DNA from: Lentisphaeria bacterium UBA1732
Lineage (GTDB): Bacteria > Verrucomicrobiota > Lentisphaeria > Victivallales > UBA1829
Length of the DNA stretch: 64,000 nt
Reading direction: 5' to 3'
NCBI GenBank assembly: GCA_002315855.1
Contig: DCIG01000045.1
Span: 2,196-66,195, forward strand
In this document: in pieces, positions 19,412 to 28,850 of the stretch
Position numbering within the stretch: position 1 is the stretch's first letter
Layout: every line of letters starts with the position of its first letter
Position numbers and translations under genes: made by a program
The notes under the pieces: model-generated
The model's database searches: none
What the model saw: only the letters and a program-made list of their open reading frames with translations
What the model was told of the DNA's origin: nothing

Positions 19412-20722
19412 ATGCACTCAATCCGTAAATTTTATCTTCCGCTTCTTTCTTCTGCGTTTCTCTGCTGTTCTCTGTACGGCACCGAATCTCTTCCCGCCGG
19501 CAAGAGTGAATCTCTGCCGAAAGAATCCGTCAAAAACGTCAAAATCGATGAATCATTCCGTCAGGAAGGTTCCGCCGCCGTTCGCCGCGGCGTGGAATAT
19601 CTTTTGTCGCGTCAGCTCCCCGATGGTTCCTGGGGCTCGGCTTCCCGCGGACGTGCGGTGGGAAATCCTGCCATTACGGCCCTTGCCGGCATGGCGATTT
19701 ACGGAAGCGGCAATGCCGTGGCTGAGGCTGTCCGCACGAAAGCAGTGGAGCAGGCTCGTTCATTCGTCCTGAAACACGTTCAGAAAGACGGATCGATTTA
19801 TCTTGCGACCGGTGCTTCCGGCGAATATCCCACCTACACCACGGCCATTGCCTTGACTTTCCTTGCAAGTCTCCGCAATCCGCAGGATGAACAGGTCATT
19901 CGTGCCGCCCGCAAATTTCTCATCGGTCTTCAGCTTGATGAGGACAATCCGATTCTTCCAACGCAGAAAGAAGACCCGAAATACGGCGGGTTCGGGTATG
20001 GTCCCGACAAAGACGGCATGAGCCATGCCGACCTTTCCAATACCGCATGGGTCGCCGAGGCGCTTCATGCTTCGGAATACATCACGAAAGAACCCTACGC
20101 CGCATCTCAGAGTGAGGCGAAAGAGGGCGATTTGGCGTGGGACAAACTCGCAGTTTTCCTGACGGGGATGCAGAATGCCCCCGAAACCAATCATGCCGTT
20201 TGGGTGATTGCAGATCAGTCCGATGATGCCTGCGGCGGTTTCGTGTATCAGGTGGAGAGCGCCCCCGAAGATGCCGCCGGGGAAAAAGCCGACGATAAAA
20301 CTGCCCGGAAGCCCACCTTGCGCACCTATGGCAGTATGACCTATGCCGGACTGAAAAGCATGATTTATGCCAAACTCAAGCCCGATGATTCACGTGTGAA
20401 GGCCGCCGTCGAATGGTCGGCGCGTCATTATACCCTGAATGAAAATCCCGGTGTCGGCGCCGCCGGTCTCTACTATTATATTCAGACGTTTGCCAAAACT
20501 CATGATGTCCTGAATGAGGAGACCGTGAAATCTTCGGATGGCAAGTCTCACAAATGGCGCGAAGATGTCATTGCAAAACTCCTTTCCGACCAGAAAGGCG
20601 GCGGCGAATGGCTGAACGACAATGGACGCTGGATGGAGTCCAGCAGTGAACTCGTTACAACCTATTCTCTGCTTTCCATGGAGCTGGCTCTCGGCCCTGC
20701 TTTGCAGACGAAAAAGCCATGA
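19412..20722 (+). CDS. secreted prenyltransferase/squalene-oxidase repeat protein
   Basis: Signal peptide. 'YLLSRQLPDGSWGS' and further QxxDGS/GG repeats are typical of alpha/alpha-toroid terpenoid-cyclase-like repeats. It starts 29 nt after the permease stop. Confidence 0.7.
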   Translation: MHSIRKFYLPLLSSAFLCCSLYGTESLPAGKSESLPKESVKNVKIDESFRQEGSAAVRRGVEYLLSRQLPDGSWGSASRGRAVGNPAITALAGMAIYGSGNAVAEAVRTKAVEQARSFVLKHVQKDGSIYLATGASGEYPTYTTAIALTFLASLRNPQDEQVIRAARKFLIGLQLDEDNPILPTQKEDPKYGGFGYGPDKDGMSHADLSNTAWVAEALHASEYITKEPYAASQSEAKEGDLAWDKLAVFLTGMQNAPETNHAVWVIADQSDDACGGFVYQVESAPEDAAGEKADDKTARKPTLRTYGSMTYAGLKSMIYAKLKPDDSRVKAAVEWSARHYTLNENPGVGAAGLYYYIQTFAKTHDVLNEETVKSSDGKSHKWREDVIAKLLSDQKGGGEWLNDNGRWMESSSELVTTYSLLSMELALGPALQTKKP

Positions 20723-20750
20723 TTGCTCATTGCATACATTTTCCCCTCAC

Positions 20751-20792
20751 AAAAAAGCCGGACACCTGATTCAGATGCCCGGCTTTTATTTT
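20751..20792. terminator. bidirectional terminator between convergent genes
   Basis: A6, stem gccggaca (20757-20764) / tgcccggc (20776-20783) with one mismatch, then ttttatttt. Confidence 0.55.
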
Positions 20793-20811
20793 GCTTTCCT
20801 GTCCGTAAAAG

Positions 20812-23388
20812 TTATTTCGCGGGGACAGCGATGGTATCGACTGCCACGCCCGGATCGACCGCCCGAATCGTAACAGTATTGACTTCATCCTGTTTGAGGT
20901 CTTTTACTGGAATCACGAAGCGGACATAATTGTCGTCCACCAGTGTGCCGCGCGGATCGCTGGAACCGTCGTATTTGCTTTCAGAACAAGTGATATTGAC
21001 CACCTGCACGGACTTCCCGTTCACCAGAATTTCAGCGCGGGCTTTCAGTGTCGGATAAAGCGCATGGAACGGCAGGAAGTTCACGAGGATATTGCTTTCC
21101 GTCTTGCCTGCCGTAAATTCAAACGTCATACTCGGTGCGGCTTCATCACCCGGCTCGAAGCAAGCCTCTCTGGTCAGCGGGAGCAGTGCCGCTGCGGAGC
21201 CGGAGCATCCCAGCCCGTTGAAAATCTTCCATTCTGTCCGGTTTTTGCCCGGTTTCAGCTTCGCGGATGCCGCCGTAAGGAATTTCAGACCATCTTGCCA
21301 GCCGTCTTTGTTGTGCGTGTTTGACCCGCGTTTGCGGTTCGGTTCATTCCACGGCCATTGCATGTGAGTCCACCAGTCGTTTTGTCCGGTGCGGCTGCGC
21401 AGGGTATCCGGCACGAAATGATCCCATTTCCCGTTTTTGATTTCCTTGTTGAGTCGGTTGCGTCCCGCATCAATTGCCGCCACATACGGGGCGACTTCGG
21501 GACTGTTGAGCGTCAGTTTCTGATTTGCCTTCACAGCATCCCGATCGGTCATGAAAATCAAACCGGCATTGCCGAAGAGATTGGTTGAGAATCCCACCAG
21601 CTCGAACCAAGCGTCCTTGGTTTCCTGATCTGGCATCATCGCTTCCACGGCCTTGCAGTCGTCCAGCAGTTTCTGATAAGCGTTTTTCAGTTCTGCGGCC
21701 TGTTCATCGCGCAGTGCGGTTGCCCAGCCTCTGTTCATGGTTTCGGGTTTGCGAATCATGCCCAGTCTGAAATAATCATCCATCACTTTCGCGGCTTTCG
21801 GTGCGATTGCATTGCCGAAATATTCCACGCAGAATGCGTTCAGATAATCCATCTGGTCATTGCTTCCCCGGTGCAGTTCGGGGTCCCAGGCCAGCTTTGA
21901 CCAGTAATCCATTCCGATTTCCATGGGTTTGCTGTCGCCCACGTTCAGAACCCACTGGTCGCGGGCGTTGTTGTCGTAAGCCTTCAGCATTTCATGCTGC
22001 ATCAGAGCCAGCGGTGTTGTGTTCAGTTCGCAGTAGGAGTGCACACCTCCGTAGTAGGAAATATGATAATAGACGCCCGACCCGCCGCTTCTCTTCTGTT
22101 CTTCGGGGGAGCTGAGACGGCGGATATAACCGTAGTTGTCGTCCACCCACATCAGTGTAACATCTTCCGGCACGTTCAGTCCTGCGTCATACACGGGCAG
22201 CACTTCCTTGTACGGGATGAATGTCTGCGGGATGCGTCCGAATTCCTTCGTAATCCCTTTGTTCAGCATGGCGCGCTGATTGGTCATGGCTTTTTCCACA
22301 AGAGCTTTTTTCTCGTCCATGGTATTTGCGCCCTGCATTGCCGAGTCGTGGATTCCCCGTATTCCCAGCGTCCACACATTTTCCATTTTGGCGCGCATAT
22401 CCACGCTTTCCTGCCAGTATGCGTCGATTTTTGCCTGATTGGTCGAATAATTCCATGCTCCGTTTGATTTCGGCCAGTGGCAGTTGTTGCGGAGCATGGG
22501 TTCGCAGTGGCTTGCGCCTGTTACGATGCCGTAACGGTCCGCCAGTGTAACGTTTTCGGGAATCGCGCAGAATTCCACGCTGATTTCGTGCATTGCAGGC
22601 CAGAAAAGATTCATTCTGGAACGCAGCATGTACTCGAAAATCTTTTCATTGGTACCCGGACCGATTCGCTTGGTCGTATCTTTTTCAAAGTTCTGTTTCG
22701 CCCATTCGTGAAGAGCCCAGTCTTCGTCATTGATGAAGATGCCGCGGTAACGCACTTTCGGTGCATCCACGGTTTTTCTGCCCAGAGCCGCTTCCACCTT
22801 TTGGGCTGTTTTGACAGGCACATCAGCCCACCAGTACCACGGTGAAACTCCCATCTTTTCCGAAAGTTCCATCAATCCGTATGCGGTCCCTCTCCGGTCG
22901 CTTCCCACGATGACCAGAGCCTTTTTGATGCCGTCGAACGGCTTGTCAACCATGAACCATCCGGTTGTTTCCCAGCCGCCCTTGATCTGTGAAACATCGA
23001 TTTTCCCAGCGTCAATCAGCTTCTGAATCGCATCGGAATGCCCCAGTGTTCCTGCCAGCAGAATTGCATCCGCCTGTTTCGGCAGTTCACTCTTGAAAAG
23101 TTCCGGTTTCGCATCCGCCACACGCTTGACGTCATCGCAAAAAAGATTTGCCGCGATTTTGACGCATTCATAATCCTTATCCGAGATGACAACCGGTATC
23201 GCTTTCCCGTTTTCCGCCAGTACAATCTCTTCGGCTCCGTTGAATGGATTGAGTTGTCCGACGGCTGAGTTACCGCCATCGCGCATGACCTTCAAATCGG
23301 TTTCCGCCTTCACTTCGCTTGCCGCAAAGAGCAGAATTGCCGGCAGCAGTCTTTTCCAGAGAGAAAGCATTCTCGAATGTTCTTTCAT
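20812..23388 (-). CDS. glycoside hydrolase family 115 (alpha-glucuronidase-like)
   Basis: 'GSDRRGTAYGLMELSEKMGVSPWYWWADVPV' is the highly conserved GH115 block. I chose the start at ATG 23388 (MKEHSRML...), which gives a signal peptide and an AAGGAA RBS. The track ORF extends 14 codons further. Confidence 0.85.
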   Translation of the reverse strand: MKEHSRMLSLWKRLLPAILLFAASEVKAETDLKVMRDGGNSAVGQLNPFNGAEEIVLAENGKAIPVVISDKDYECVKIAANLFCDDVKRVADAKPELFKSELPKQADAILLAGTLGHSDAIQKLIDAGKIDVSQIKGGWETTGWFMVDKPFDGIKKALVIVGSDRRGTAYGLMELSEKMGVSPWYWWADVPVKTAQKVEAALGRKTVDAPKVRYRGIFINDEDWALHEWAKQNFEKDTTKRIGPGTNEKIFEYMLRSRMNLFWPAMHEISVEFCAIPENVTLADRYGIVTGASHCEPMLRNNCHWPKSNGAWNYSTNQAKIDAYWQESVDMRAKMENVWTLGIRGIHDSAMQGANTMDEKKALVEKAMTNQRAMLNKGITKEFGRIPQTFIPYKEVLPVYDAGLNVPEDVTLMWVDDNYGYIRRLSSPEEQKRSGGSGVYYHISYYGGVHSYCELNTTPLALMQHEMLKAYDNNARDQWVLNVGDSKPMEIGMDYWSKLAWDPELHRGSNDQMDYLNAFCVEYFGNAIAPKAAKVMDDYFRLGMIRKPETMNRGWATALRDEQAAELKNAYQKLLDDCKAVEAMMPDQETKDAWFELVGFSTNLFGNAGLIFMTDRDAVKANQKLTLNSPEVAPYVAAIDAGRNRLNKEIKNGKWDHFVPDTLRSRTGQNDWWTHMQWPWNEPNRKRGSNTHNKDGWQDGLKFLTAASAKLKPGKNRTEWKIFNGLGCSGSAAALLPLTREACFEPGDEAAPSMTFEFTAGKTESNILVNFLPFHALYPTLKARAEILVNGKSVQVVNITCSESKYDGSSDPRGTLVDDNYVRFVIPVKDLKQDEVNTVTIRAVDPGVAVDTIAVPAK

Positions 23389-23609
23389 GGTTTGTTCCTT
23401 TTGTTGAATAGTAAAAATGTGTAAAATCATATTTTTATGAAAAATGAGAGCTGATTTACTCTTGCCGCACAGTCAGCTCAATCCCTATAAAATATAATGT
23501 TCCCTATGATTAATTCAAGCCTGCATTATCTTTTTTTTGAGTTTTTATCTTCCTTTTGTGAAATAATAACATAAATAAGACGTTTTATTCCATCTGTCTC
23601 TCTCTTGCA

Positions 23610-24317
23610 TTATGCCAGCCCGCATTCCATCAGCATTGCTTCATCTTTCAGCAGTTCTTCCGTTTTCCCTTCCGCAAAAACGCTTCCGTCTTTCAGAATC
23701 ACGCACTGCGGACACAATTTTTCCGCGAAAACCAAATCATGAGTTGCGATGAGTTTTGCCGCCGGAAATTTATTCAGACATTCCGATAATTCTCTGCATC
23801 CCCTCGGATCAAGCATTGCCGTCGGCTCATCCAGGAGCAGCAAGTCCGGCTGCATGGCAAGAATCCCTGCCAGCGACACTCTTCGTTTTTCGCCTCCCGA
23901 CAAACGGATAATATCGCGTTTCGCCAGAGCCGTTATTCCCATGACATCCATAGCATGATGAACTCGTTCTGCGACTTCCTCATCGGAAATTTGCAGGTGT
24001 GTCGGGCCGAAAGCCACATCTTCATATACGGTTTGCGAGAACAGCTGATCGTCTGCATTTTGGAAAATCATGCCGATTCGTCTCCGCAGTTCATGCGTTC
24101 TGATTTCCTGCAATCTTGTCCCGTCAATCTCGATTTCTCCTGATTTCAGCGGACACAGCCCCAGGATTGCGTTGAGAAAGGTTGATTTCCCCGCACCGTT
24201 TGCCCCCAGCAGAGCGATTGCTCCCTTGGCTCCGAACTCCAAATCGCAGGTTAACTGATTCAACGCGGGAATATGTCCCGTGCGTTCTACGGTTGCTTGT
24301 CGAAACGAAACTTTCAC
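23610..24317 (-). CDS. cbiO: ECF transporter ATPase (cobalt/nickel, CbiO-type)
   Basis: Walker A 'GANGAGKST', 'LSGGEKRR' and 'LLLDEPTAMLD' are present. The GTG start at 24317 overlaps the cbiQ stop (GTGA). The upstream part of the 339-aa track ORF is the out-of-frame overlap with cbiQ. Confidence 0.85.
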   Translation of the reverse strand: MKVSFRQATVERTGHIPALNQLTCDLEFGAKGAIALLGANGAGKSTFLNAILGLCPLKSGEIEIDGTRLQEIRTHELRRRIGMIFQNADDQLFSQTVYEDVAFGPTHLQISDEEVAERVHHAMDVMGITALAKRDIIRLSGGEKRRVSLAGILAMQPDLLLLDEPTAMLDPRGCRELSECLNKFPAAKLIATHDLVFAEKLCPQCVILKDGSVFAEGKTEELLKDEAMLMECGLA

Positions 24318-25075
24318 AGAAAACACCTCAAAAAAATCAAAAGAATTCCCGTACTGACTGCCATCATTCGTTCCGGTCCGCTTGCCGCCCTTGAACGGGG
24401 CAGGGGTGTTCCGGCGTGGAACAGTCTGCACTGCATGGCCCGGTAAACCGCTTCCGAACGTTCCACCGTCCTGAGAAACAAATGCCCCGTCAGGTGTCCC
24501 CAGTCCTGAACCGGGATATGACGGCATTCCGGATTTCTCAGGAAATACGCCGTTTTCATGGACGCGGCCTCGGTCATGACCAGCCCCAGATAACGGAACA
24601 TCAGCTGGATTTGCAGAATCAGTACGCACGGAATATGCAGAGATGCCATTGCTCCCGACAAGTCATTCATCGGCGTGCTTGCGGAAAGCAGCAGTACACA
24701 GCCCGCGGTCGCAAGTGTCTTGAATATCAGGACGAAAAGCGATACGAATCCCCCCGGCATCGTTCCTCCGAAAGGCATTGCCACTGCACTTCGGTCGAAG
24801 AAGCAGTTGGCAATCCCCGCACAAAGAATAAAGGGCAGTGCAATAAGCGTCCGCCTGAATAATCTCCCCGCATCATGTCCCGTAATCCATGCCAGACCGA
24901 ACGGTATTCCTGCGAAAATCAGTGTCCCTGTCCAGTCATATCGCTGAAACGATACGGTCAGAAAGAGGAAAAGCACCGTCAGCAGCATTTTGGGCAGCGG
25001 CGCAAATTCATTCAGCACGGAGCTTTTGCTCTCCGCATGGCTGTGTATGGATAATGTTGAAATCGGGTCAATCAT
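24314..25075 (-). CDS. cbiQ: ECF transporter transmembrane (T) component CbiQ
   Basis: 253-aa multi-TM protein positioned between cbiM and cbiO. It has the CbiQ-like C-terminal 'A..AY.LR.....' region. Confidence 0.8.
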   Translation of the reverse strand: MIDPISTLSIHSHAESKSSVLNEFAPLPKMLLTVLFLFLTVSFQRYDWTGTLIFAGIPFGLAWITGHDAGRLFRRTLIALPFILCAGIANCFFDRSAVAMPFGGTMPGGFVSLFVLIFKTLATAGCVLLLSASTPMNDLSGAMASLHIPCVLILQIQLMFRYLGLVMTEAASMKTAYFLRNPECRHIPVQDWGHLTGHLFLRTVERSEAVYRAMQCRLFHAGTPLPRSRAASGPERMMAVSTGILLIFLRCFL

Positions 25076-25133
25076 GAACCGTGCTTTGTTTCAGTTGTCT
25101 TGCATATCCGGAGGAATAACGTTTCTTGTCTGA

Positions 25134-26132
25134 TTACTTCCCCGCATGGCAGATTTCTTGTTTTTGCTTTCGGAACCGGATGATGCTCACGCACAGGCAA
25201 ATCAATGCCGCACAAAGAATTGCACCCGCTATCCCGCAGAAAATCGTCCCCGTCTGTTCATTTTTTCCGGGAATGACGTAGTCCGGCAGAAGTGCGAGTT
25301 TATCACTGAGCGATGCGAAAAATCCATGGACTGCGCTTCCGTTTTCGATTTCTGTTCCTGCGGTGCGTTCAATCGACCATTCCAGACCATCCGGCTTGCC
25401 CGATGCCAGCAGGGAGAATCCTCCGCCCAGCACCAATGCCGCCAGCGAGAAAGTCCATACCATGCCTGCCGCAGAGAACCGTTTCGCCTCCTGCTTGACC
25501 GATTCAAAATCCGGCAGGTTTTTCCGCACGAAAAGCAGGACAAACGAAGTTGCCAGTCCTTCCCCGATTGCGATTGCCGCATGAATCGGCATCATTGCCG
25601 CCGCAAATACTCCGAACGGCAGTTCTGTAATCCCTGAAACCAGTGTTTCGATGGTTACCGCGAATGCTCCGCACAGCAGTGCTGCCATGCTTGCCGCGAT
25701 TCCCGCCGTAAAAATCCGCCCCGGCTTCCCGTCTTTTCCCGCGATTGGATGGAATACAAAAGGATAGGACAGAAAGCATCCGAAAAATCCCATATTGAAC
25801 AGATTGCATCCGTAGGCGAGCAGACCCCCGTCCGCGAACAGTACCGCCTGAATCAATAGCACCCCCGCCATTACGATGAATGCCGGTGCAGGTCCCAGCA
25901 ATGCCGCCAGCAGAACTGCTCCTGCAATATGTCCGCTCGATCCGGTTCCCGGAATGGCGAAATTGATCATTTGTGCAGCGAAAACAAATGCGCCTGATAC
26001 TCCCATCAGCGGGATGCGGCTTTCCTTGAAGTCTTTGCGGATTGCCCTGACACTGTACCCGATGATTCCGGCAGACACCGCGAGCATGGCACCGCCGACT
26101 GCGGGTGAAATGAGTGCATCTGACATGTGCAT
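25134..26132 (-). CDS. cbiM: ECF substrate-capture component CbiM/NikM fused to a PDGLE (CbiN/NikN-like) domain
   Basis: 'MHMSDALISP...PGTGSSGHIAGAVLLAALLGP' is the CbiM N-terminus, including the metal-binding MH. The C-terminal 'GKPDGLEWSIERTAG' is the PDGLE motif. Confidence 0.85.
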   Translation of the reverse strand: MHMSDALISPAVGGAMLAVSAGIIGYSVRAIRKDFKESRIPLMGVSGAFVFAAQMINFAIPGTGSSGHIAGAVLLAALLGPAPAFIVMAGVLLIQAVLFADGGLLAYGCNLFNMGFFGCFLSYPFVFHPIAGKDGKPGRIFTAGIAASMAALLCGAFAVTIETLVSGITELPFGVFAAAMMPIHAAIAIGEGLATSFVLLFVRKNLPDFESVKQEAKRFSAAGMVWTFSLAALVLGGGFSLLASGKPDGLEWSIERTAGTEIENGSAVHGFFASLSDKLALLPDYVIPGKNEQTGTIFCGIAGAILCAALICLCVSIIRFRKQKQEICHAGK

Positions 26133-26364
26133 AAAAATGCTGTTCCTTTTTCCGTCGTTCGTTTTACTGCCGCAAATCCCTTGTGATTTCCGGATTCTGT
26201 CATTGCATTTTTTTCGGAAGGGTATCTCTGTCCCTTTTGAAATCAGTTCTCCAATGAATCAGGATGCCCTGATTGTACAATAACAGATGTATCATTTAAT
26301 ATACCTCTTTCAGGTAAAAAATCAATCAAAAACTTTTATTCTCCGTCATATATCGGGGAAAAAT

Positions 26365-26393
26365 TTGATATTGTTGTATTTGCGTGATATATT
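26365..26393 (+). promoter_or_regulatory. sigma70-like promoter candidate for the NSS transporter
   Basis: TTGATA (26365-26370), 17-nt spacer, TATATT (26388-26393). This leaves a leader of about 170 nt before the GTG at 26569. Confidence 0.4.
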
Positions 26394-26568
26394 AATAACA
26401 CTGCTGTTGACGTATTCACCGGAAGATTTTCCTCCGCGCTGCGTCTGAATCGTGTCTCTGTTTCATTTTATTCCGCGTTTTTGATTTTGAATCCCGGTCA
26501 GAAAACGTCGGAGCAGAGATTCTTCCCCGTTCCACTTTTGCTTCATCTCAAAAAGAAAGAGTTTCATC

Positions 26569-27960
26569 GTGAGTTCTTCCAGAGAGCACTTTTCCTCCCG
26601 TATCGGCTTCATTCTCATGACTGCCGGTTGTGCCATCGGACTTGGCAATGTATGGCGTTTCCCGTTTATTGCCGGACAGTATGGCGGCGGTCTTTTTGTC
26701 TGCCTCTATCTGTTCTTCCTGCTTATTCTCGGCTTCCCCGTGATGTGCATGGAGCTTGCTGTCGGTCGTGCGGGACAGAATGTCTATCCTCTTGATTTCA
26801 AAACTCTTCAGAATCCTGAAACAAAATTTCAGTGGAGCATTCCCGGTTTTATTCTCTTTTCCGGCAATTTGATTCTGCTGATGTTTTACACGGTCGTAAC
26901 CGGATGGATGCTTGCTTATACATGGTTCTATTGTTCCGGCGGAGCAAATAAGATTTACGAGTCTCAGCCCGACAAATTTTTCGGTGATTTTCTCGGTGCG
27001 CCCGGACTTCAGATTGTCTTCATGCTGATTGGGCTTGTGATTACGCTGGTTGTCTGCTTCGGCGGCATTCAGAAATCCATTGAGAAGGTCATCAAATTCA
27101 TGATGGCCGGTCTGTTCCTGATTCTCCTTGGTCTGGTGGTTCGCTCAGCCGTCTTGCCGAAAGCCGTTGACGGGTTCTCATTCTTCCTGTATCCTTCCAC
27201 GGAAAACTTTGTCAACAAAGGTCTTATGGAAACCATTCATGCCGCTATGGCACAGGCGTTCTTTACATTGAGTCTTGGTATCGGCAGTATCGCCATCTGC
27301 GGAAGCTACATTCAGCGTGAACGTTCTTTGGCGAACGAAGCCACATGGATTATCATTCTGGATACTCTTGTTGCCATTGCTTCAGGACTGATTATTTTCC
27401 CCTGCTGTTCTTCCTTTGACATCACGCCGAATGCCGGTCCTGCCCTGATTTTCATTACCCTCCCGAAGATTTTCCAAGGATTGCCCGGCGGTGCATTCTG
27501 GGGAAGCCTTTTCTTCCTGTTCATGTCCATTGCGGCTCTGTCCACGCTGATTGCCGTCTTTGAAAACCTTGTCGCGTTTGGCATGGATGTGTTCCACTGG
27601 AAACGCATCAAATCCTGCACGATTTTCGGTATTATACTTGGTATTGCTTCGTTCCCCTGCATTTTCGGCTTCAATATCTGGAGCAGTTTCCAGCCGCTGG
27701 GCGAAGGCACGGGCGTACTTGATTTGGAAGACTTCATTGTCAGCGATAACCTGCTTCCTTTGGGCGCATTGACTCTCGTCCTTTTCTGTACCATGAAGAA
27801 AGGATGGGGCAGTGAGAACTTCCTGAATGAAATCAATACCGGTGCCGGCTGGAAAGTCCGTCCGTTTATGATTCATTATTGCCGCTGGGGTCTCCCCGTG
27901 ATTGTCTTCCTGATTTGGGGAATCGGCATTGCCAAACGCTTCTTCCCCAATCTTTTCTGA
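26569..27960 (+). CDS. sodium-dependent transporter, neurotransmitter:sodium symporter (NSS/SNF) family
   Basis: 'GFILMTAGCAIGLGNVWRFPFIAGQYGGGLF' is the canonical NSS TM1 motif. About 12 TM helices. GTG start. Confidence 0.9.
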   Translation: MSSSREHFSSRIGFILMTAGCAIGLGNVWRFPFIAGQYGGGLFVCLYLFFLLILGFPVMCMELAVGRAGQNVYPLDFKTLQNPETKFQWSIPGFILFSGNLILLMFYTVVTGWMLAYTWFYCSGGANKIYESQPDKFFGDFLGAPGLQIVFMLIGLVITLVVCFGGIQKSIEKVIKFMMAGLFLILLGLVVRSAVLPKAVDGFSFFLYPSTENFVNKGLMETIHAAMAQAFFTLSLGIGSIAICGSYIQRERSLANEATWIIILDTLVAIASGLIIFPCCSSFDITPNAGPALIFITLPKIFQGLPGGAFWGSLFFLFMSIAALSTLIAVFENLVAFGMDVFHWKRIKSCTIFGIILGIASFPCIFGFNIWSSFQPLGEGTGVLDLEDFIVSDNLLPLGALTLVLFCTMKKGWGSENFLNEINTGAGWKVRPFMIHYCRWGLPVIVFLIWGIGIAKRFFPNLF

Positions 27961-28081
27961 CATCCTGTCAGGCAATCATGCAATCCTGCCCTTTCCTTTT
28001 TTCGATGGGGATGGGGCAGGGGGATATGCAGAGAATCGGTTCAGATATCCCGATTGATTTCGAGGTATTTTTTTGTGTCCG

Positions 28082-28117
28082 AAAAAAAGGTACCCCGGAA
28101 ACAATCCCGGAGTACCC
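28082..28117 (-). terminator. candidate terminator after ydbL
   Basis: Hairpin ggtaccccgg...ccgg-a-gtacc (28089-28117). On the minus strand it is followed by T7, the complement of the A-run 28082-28088. Confidence 0.5.
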
Positions 28118-28164
28118 TTGAGCATATCAGTCTGGATGATTTGACTCGGCAGAGAAATTTTCTC

Positions 28165-28635
28165 TTACTTTTTCTCTTCCTTTTTCGGTGCGGGAGCTTT
28201 CTCCCATTTGCCGTCTTTGCTTTGGATGAAGGTCCCTTCTTCTGCCGTAGAATAAATCTTCTTGGCGCGGAGTTCGCCCACCTTGCTTACGGTTGTGCTT
28301 TCTTTCTTTGCGATTTCCGCATAAATGAGCTTGCGTTCTTCGTTTTCATCCGCAATCTGCTTGGTTTCTTCGGCGCTGAGTTTTGCGTCTTTCATGGCTT
28401 CCAGAAAACCTCCGAGCGTTTCACCGATGGATCCTGCTTTTTTCAGCTTGTCCAGTTTCGGCTTGCGGGCGATCATATTTTTCTTGATGTCGTCCATAGT
28501 GATTTTTTTCTCGCTGGACTTTGCGGTTTCTGCGGCGGTCGCGGCGGCTTTCGGGGCTTCATCTGCGGCGGAAAGCATCGGTACGAACATCGTCATCGCG
28601 AGGCAGGCGGCTGTTGCAATCATTCTTTTATTCAT
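28165..28635 (-). CDS. ydbL: YdbL-like periplasmic protein (DUF1318)
   Basis: Signal peptide. 'GSIGETLGGFLE....ADENEERKLIYAEIAKK......V.....K......G.FIQSKDGKWEK' parallels E. coli YdbL block by block. Confidence 0.8.
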   Translation of the reverse strand: MNKRMIATAACLAMTMFVPMLSAADEAPKAAATAAETAKSSEKKITMDDIKKNMIARKPKLDKLKKAGSIGETLGGFLEAMKDAKLSAEETKQIADENEERKLIYAEIAKKESTTVSKVGELRAKKIYSTAEEGTFIQSKDGKWEKAPAPKKEEKK

Positions 28636-28647
28636 GTGGTAATCTCC

Positions 28648-28836
28648 TTAAATTGAATCAATGTCGTCGAAGAAGTCGTTCAGTTCCTTTTCAACGCGGA
28701 TGTTGATGTCGAGTGTGATGTGAACCGGTTTGATTTCGATGGGTTTGATCTCGCTTTGGGTTTTGATGCAGGACACCGGGAAAAACATCATTGCACCCCC
28801 GATGGCGAGAAATGCCGGAATAAATTTCATTCTCAT
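28648..28836 (-). CDS. ynbE: YnbE-like small lipoprotein
   Basis: 62 aa from ATG 28836. Lipobox 'PVSC'. 'PIEIKPVHITLDINIRVEKEL' parallels the E. coli YnbE 'PITINMNVKIEHEI' core. It sits between the ydbH-like and ydbL-like genes, as in E. coli. Confidence 0.7.
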   Translation of the reverse strand: MRMKFIPAFLAIGGAMMFFPVSCIKTQSEIKPIEIKPVHITLDINIRVEKELNDFFDDIDSI

Positions 28837-28850
28837 ACAGTGGATTCCTT

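Noticed and set aside
26133-26340. Possible cobalamin or NiCo riboswitch in the leader of cbiM
   Set aside because: cbiMNQO operons are often B12-riboswitch controlled. However, I find no B12 box (GCCACTG-like) and no GGGAA / GGTG..AA.TCC core. I see only two small hairpins (aatcagg/cctgatt and aaggg/ccctt) plus a copy of the repeat motif. This cannot be supported without an Rfam/Infernal scan.
26394-26568. Possible glycine riboswitch or T-box in the ~170-nt leader of the NSS transporter
   Set aside because: Only a weak resemblance (caccggaag) is present. The GGAGAG / CTCTGGAGAG cores and specifier/T-box elements are absent.
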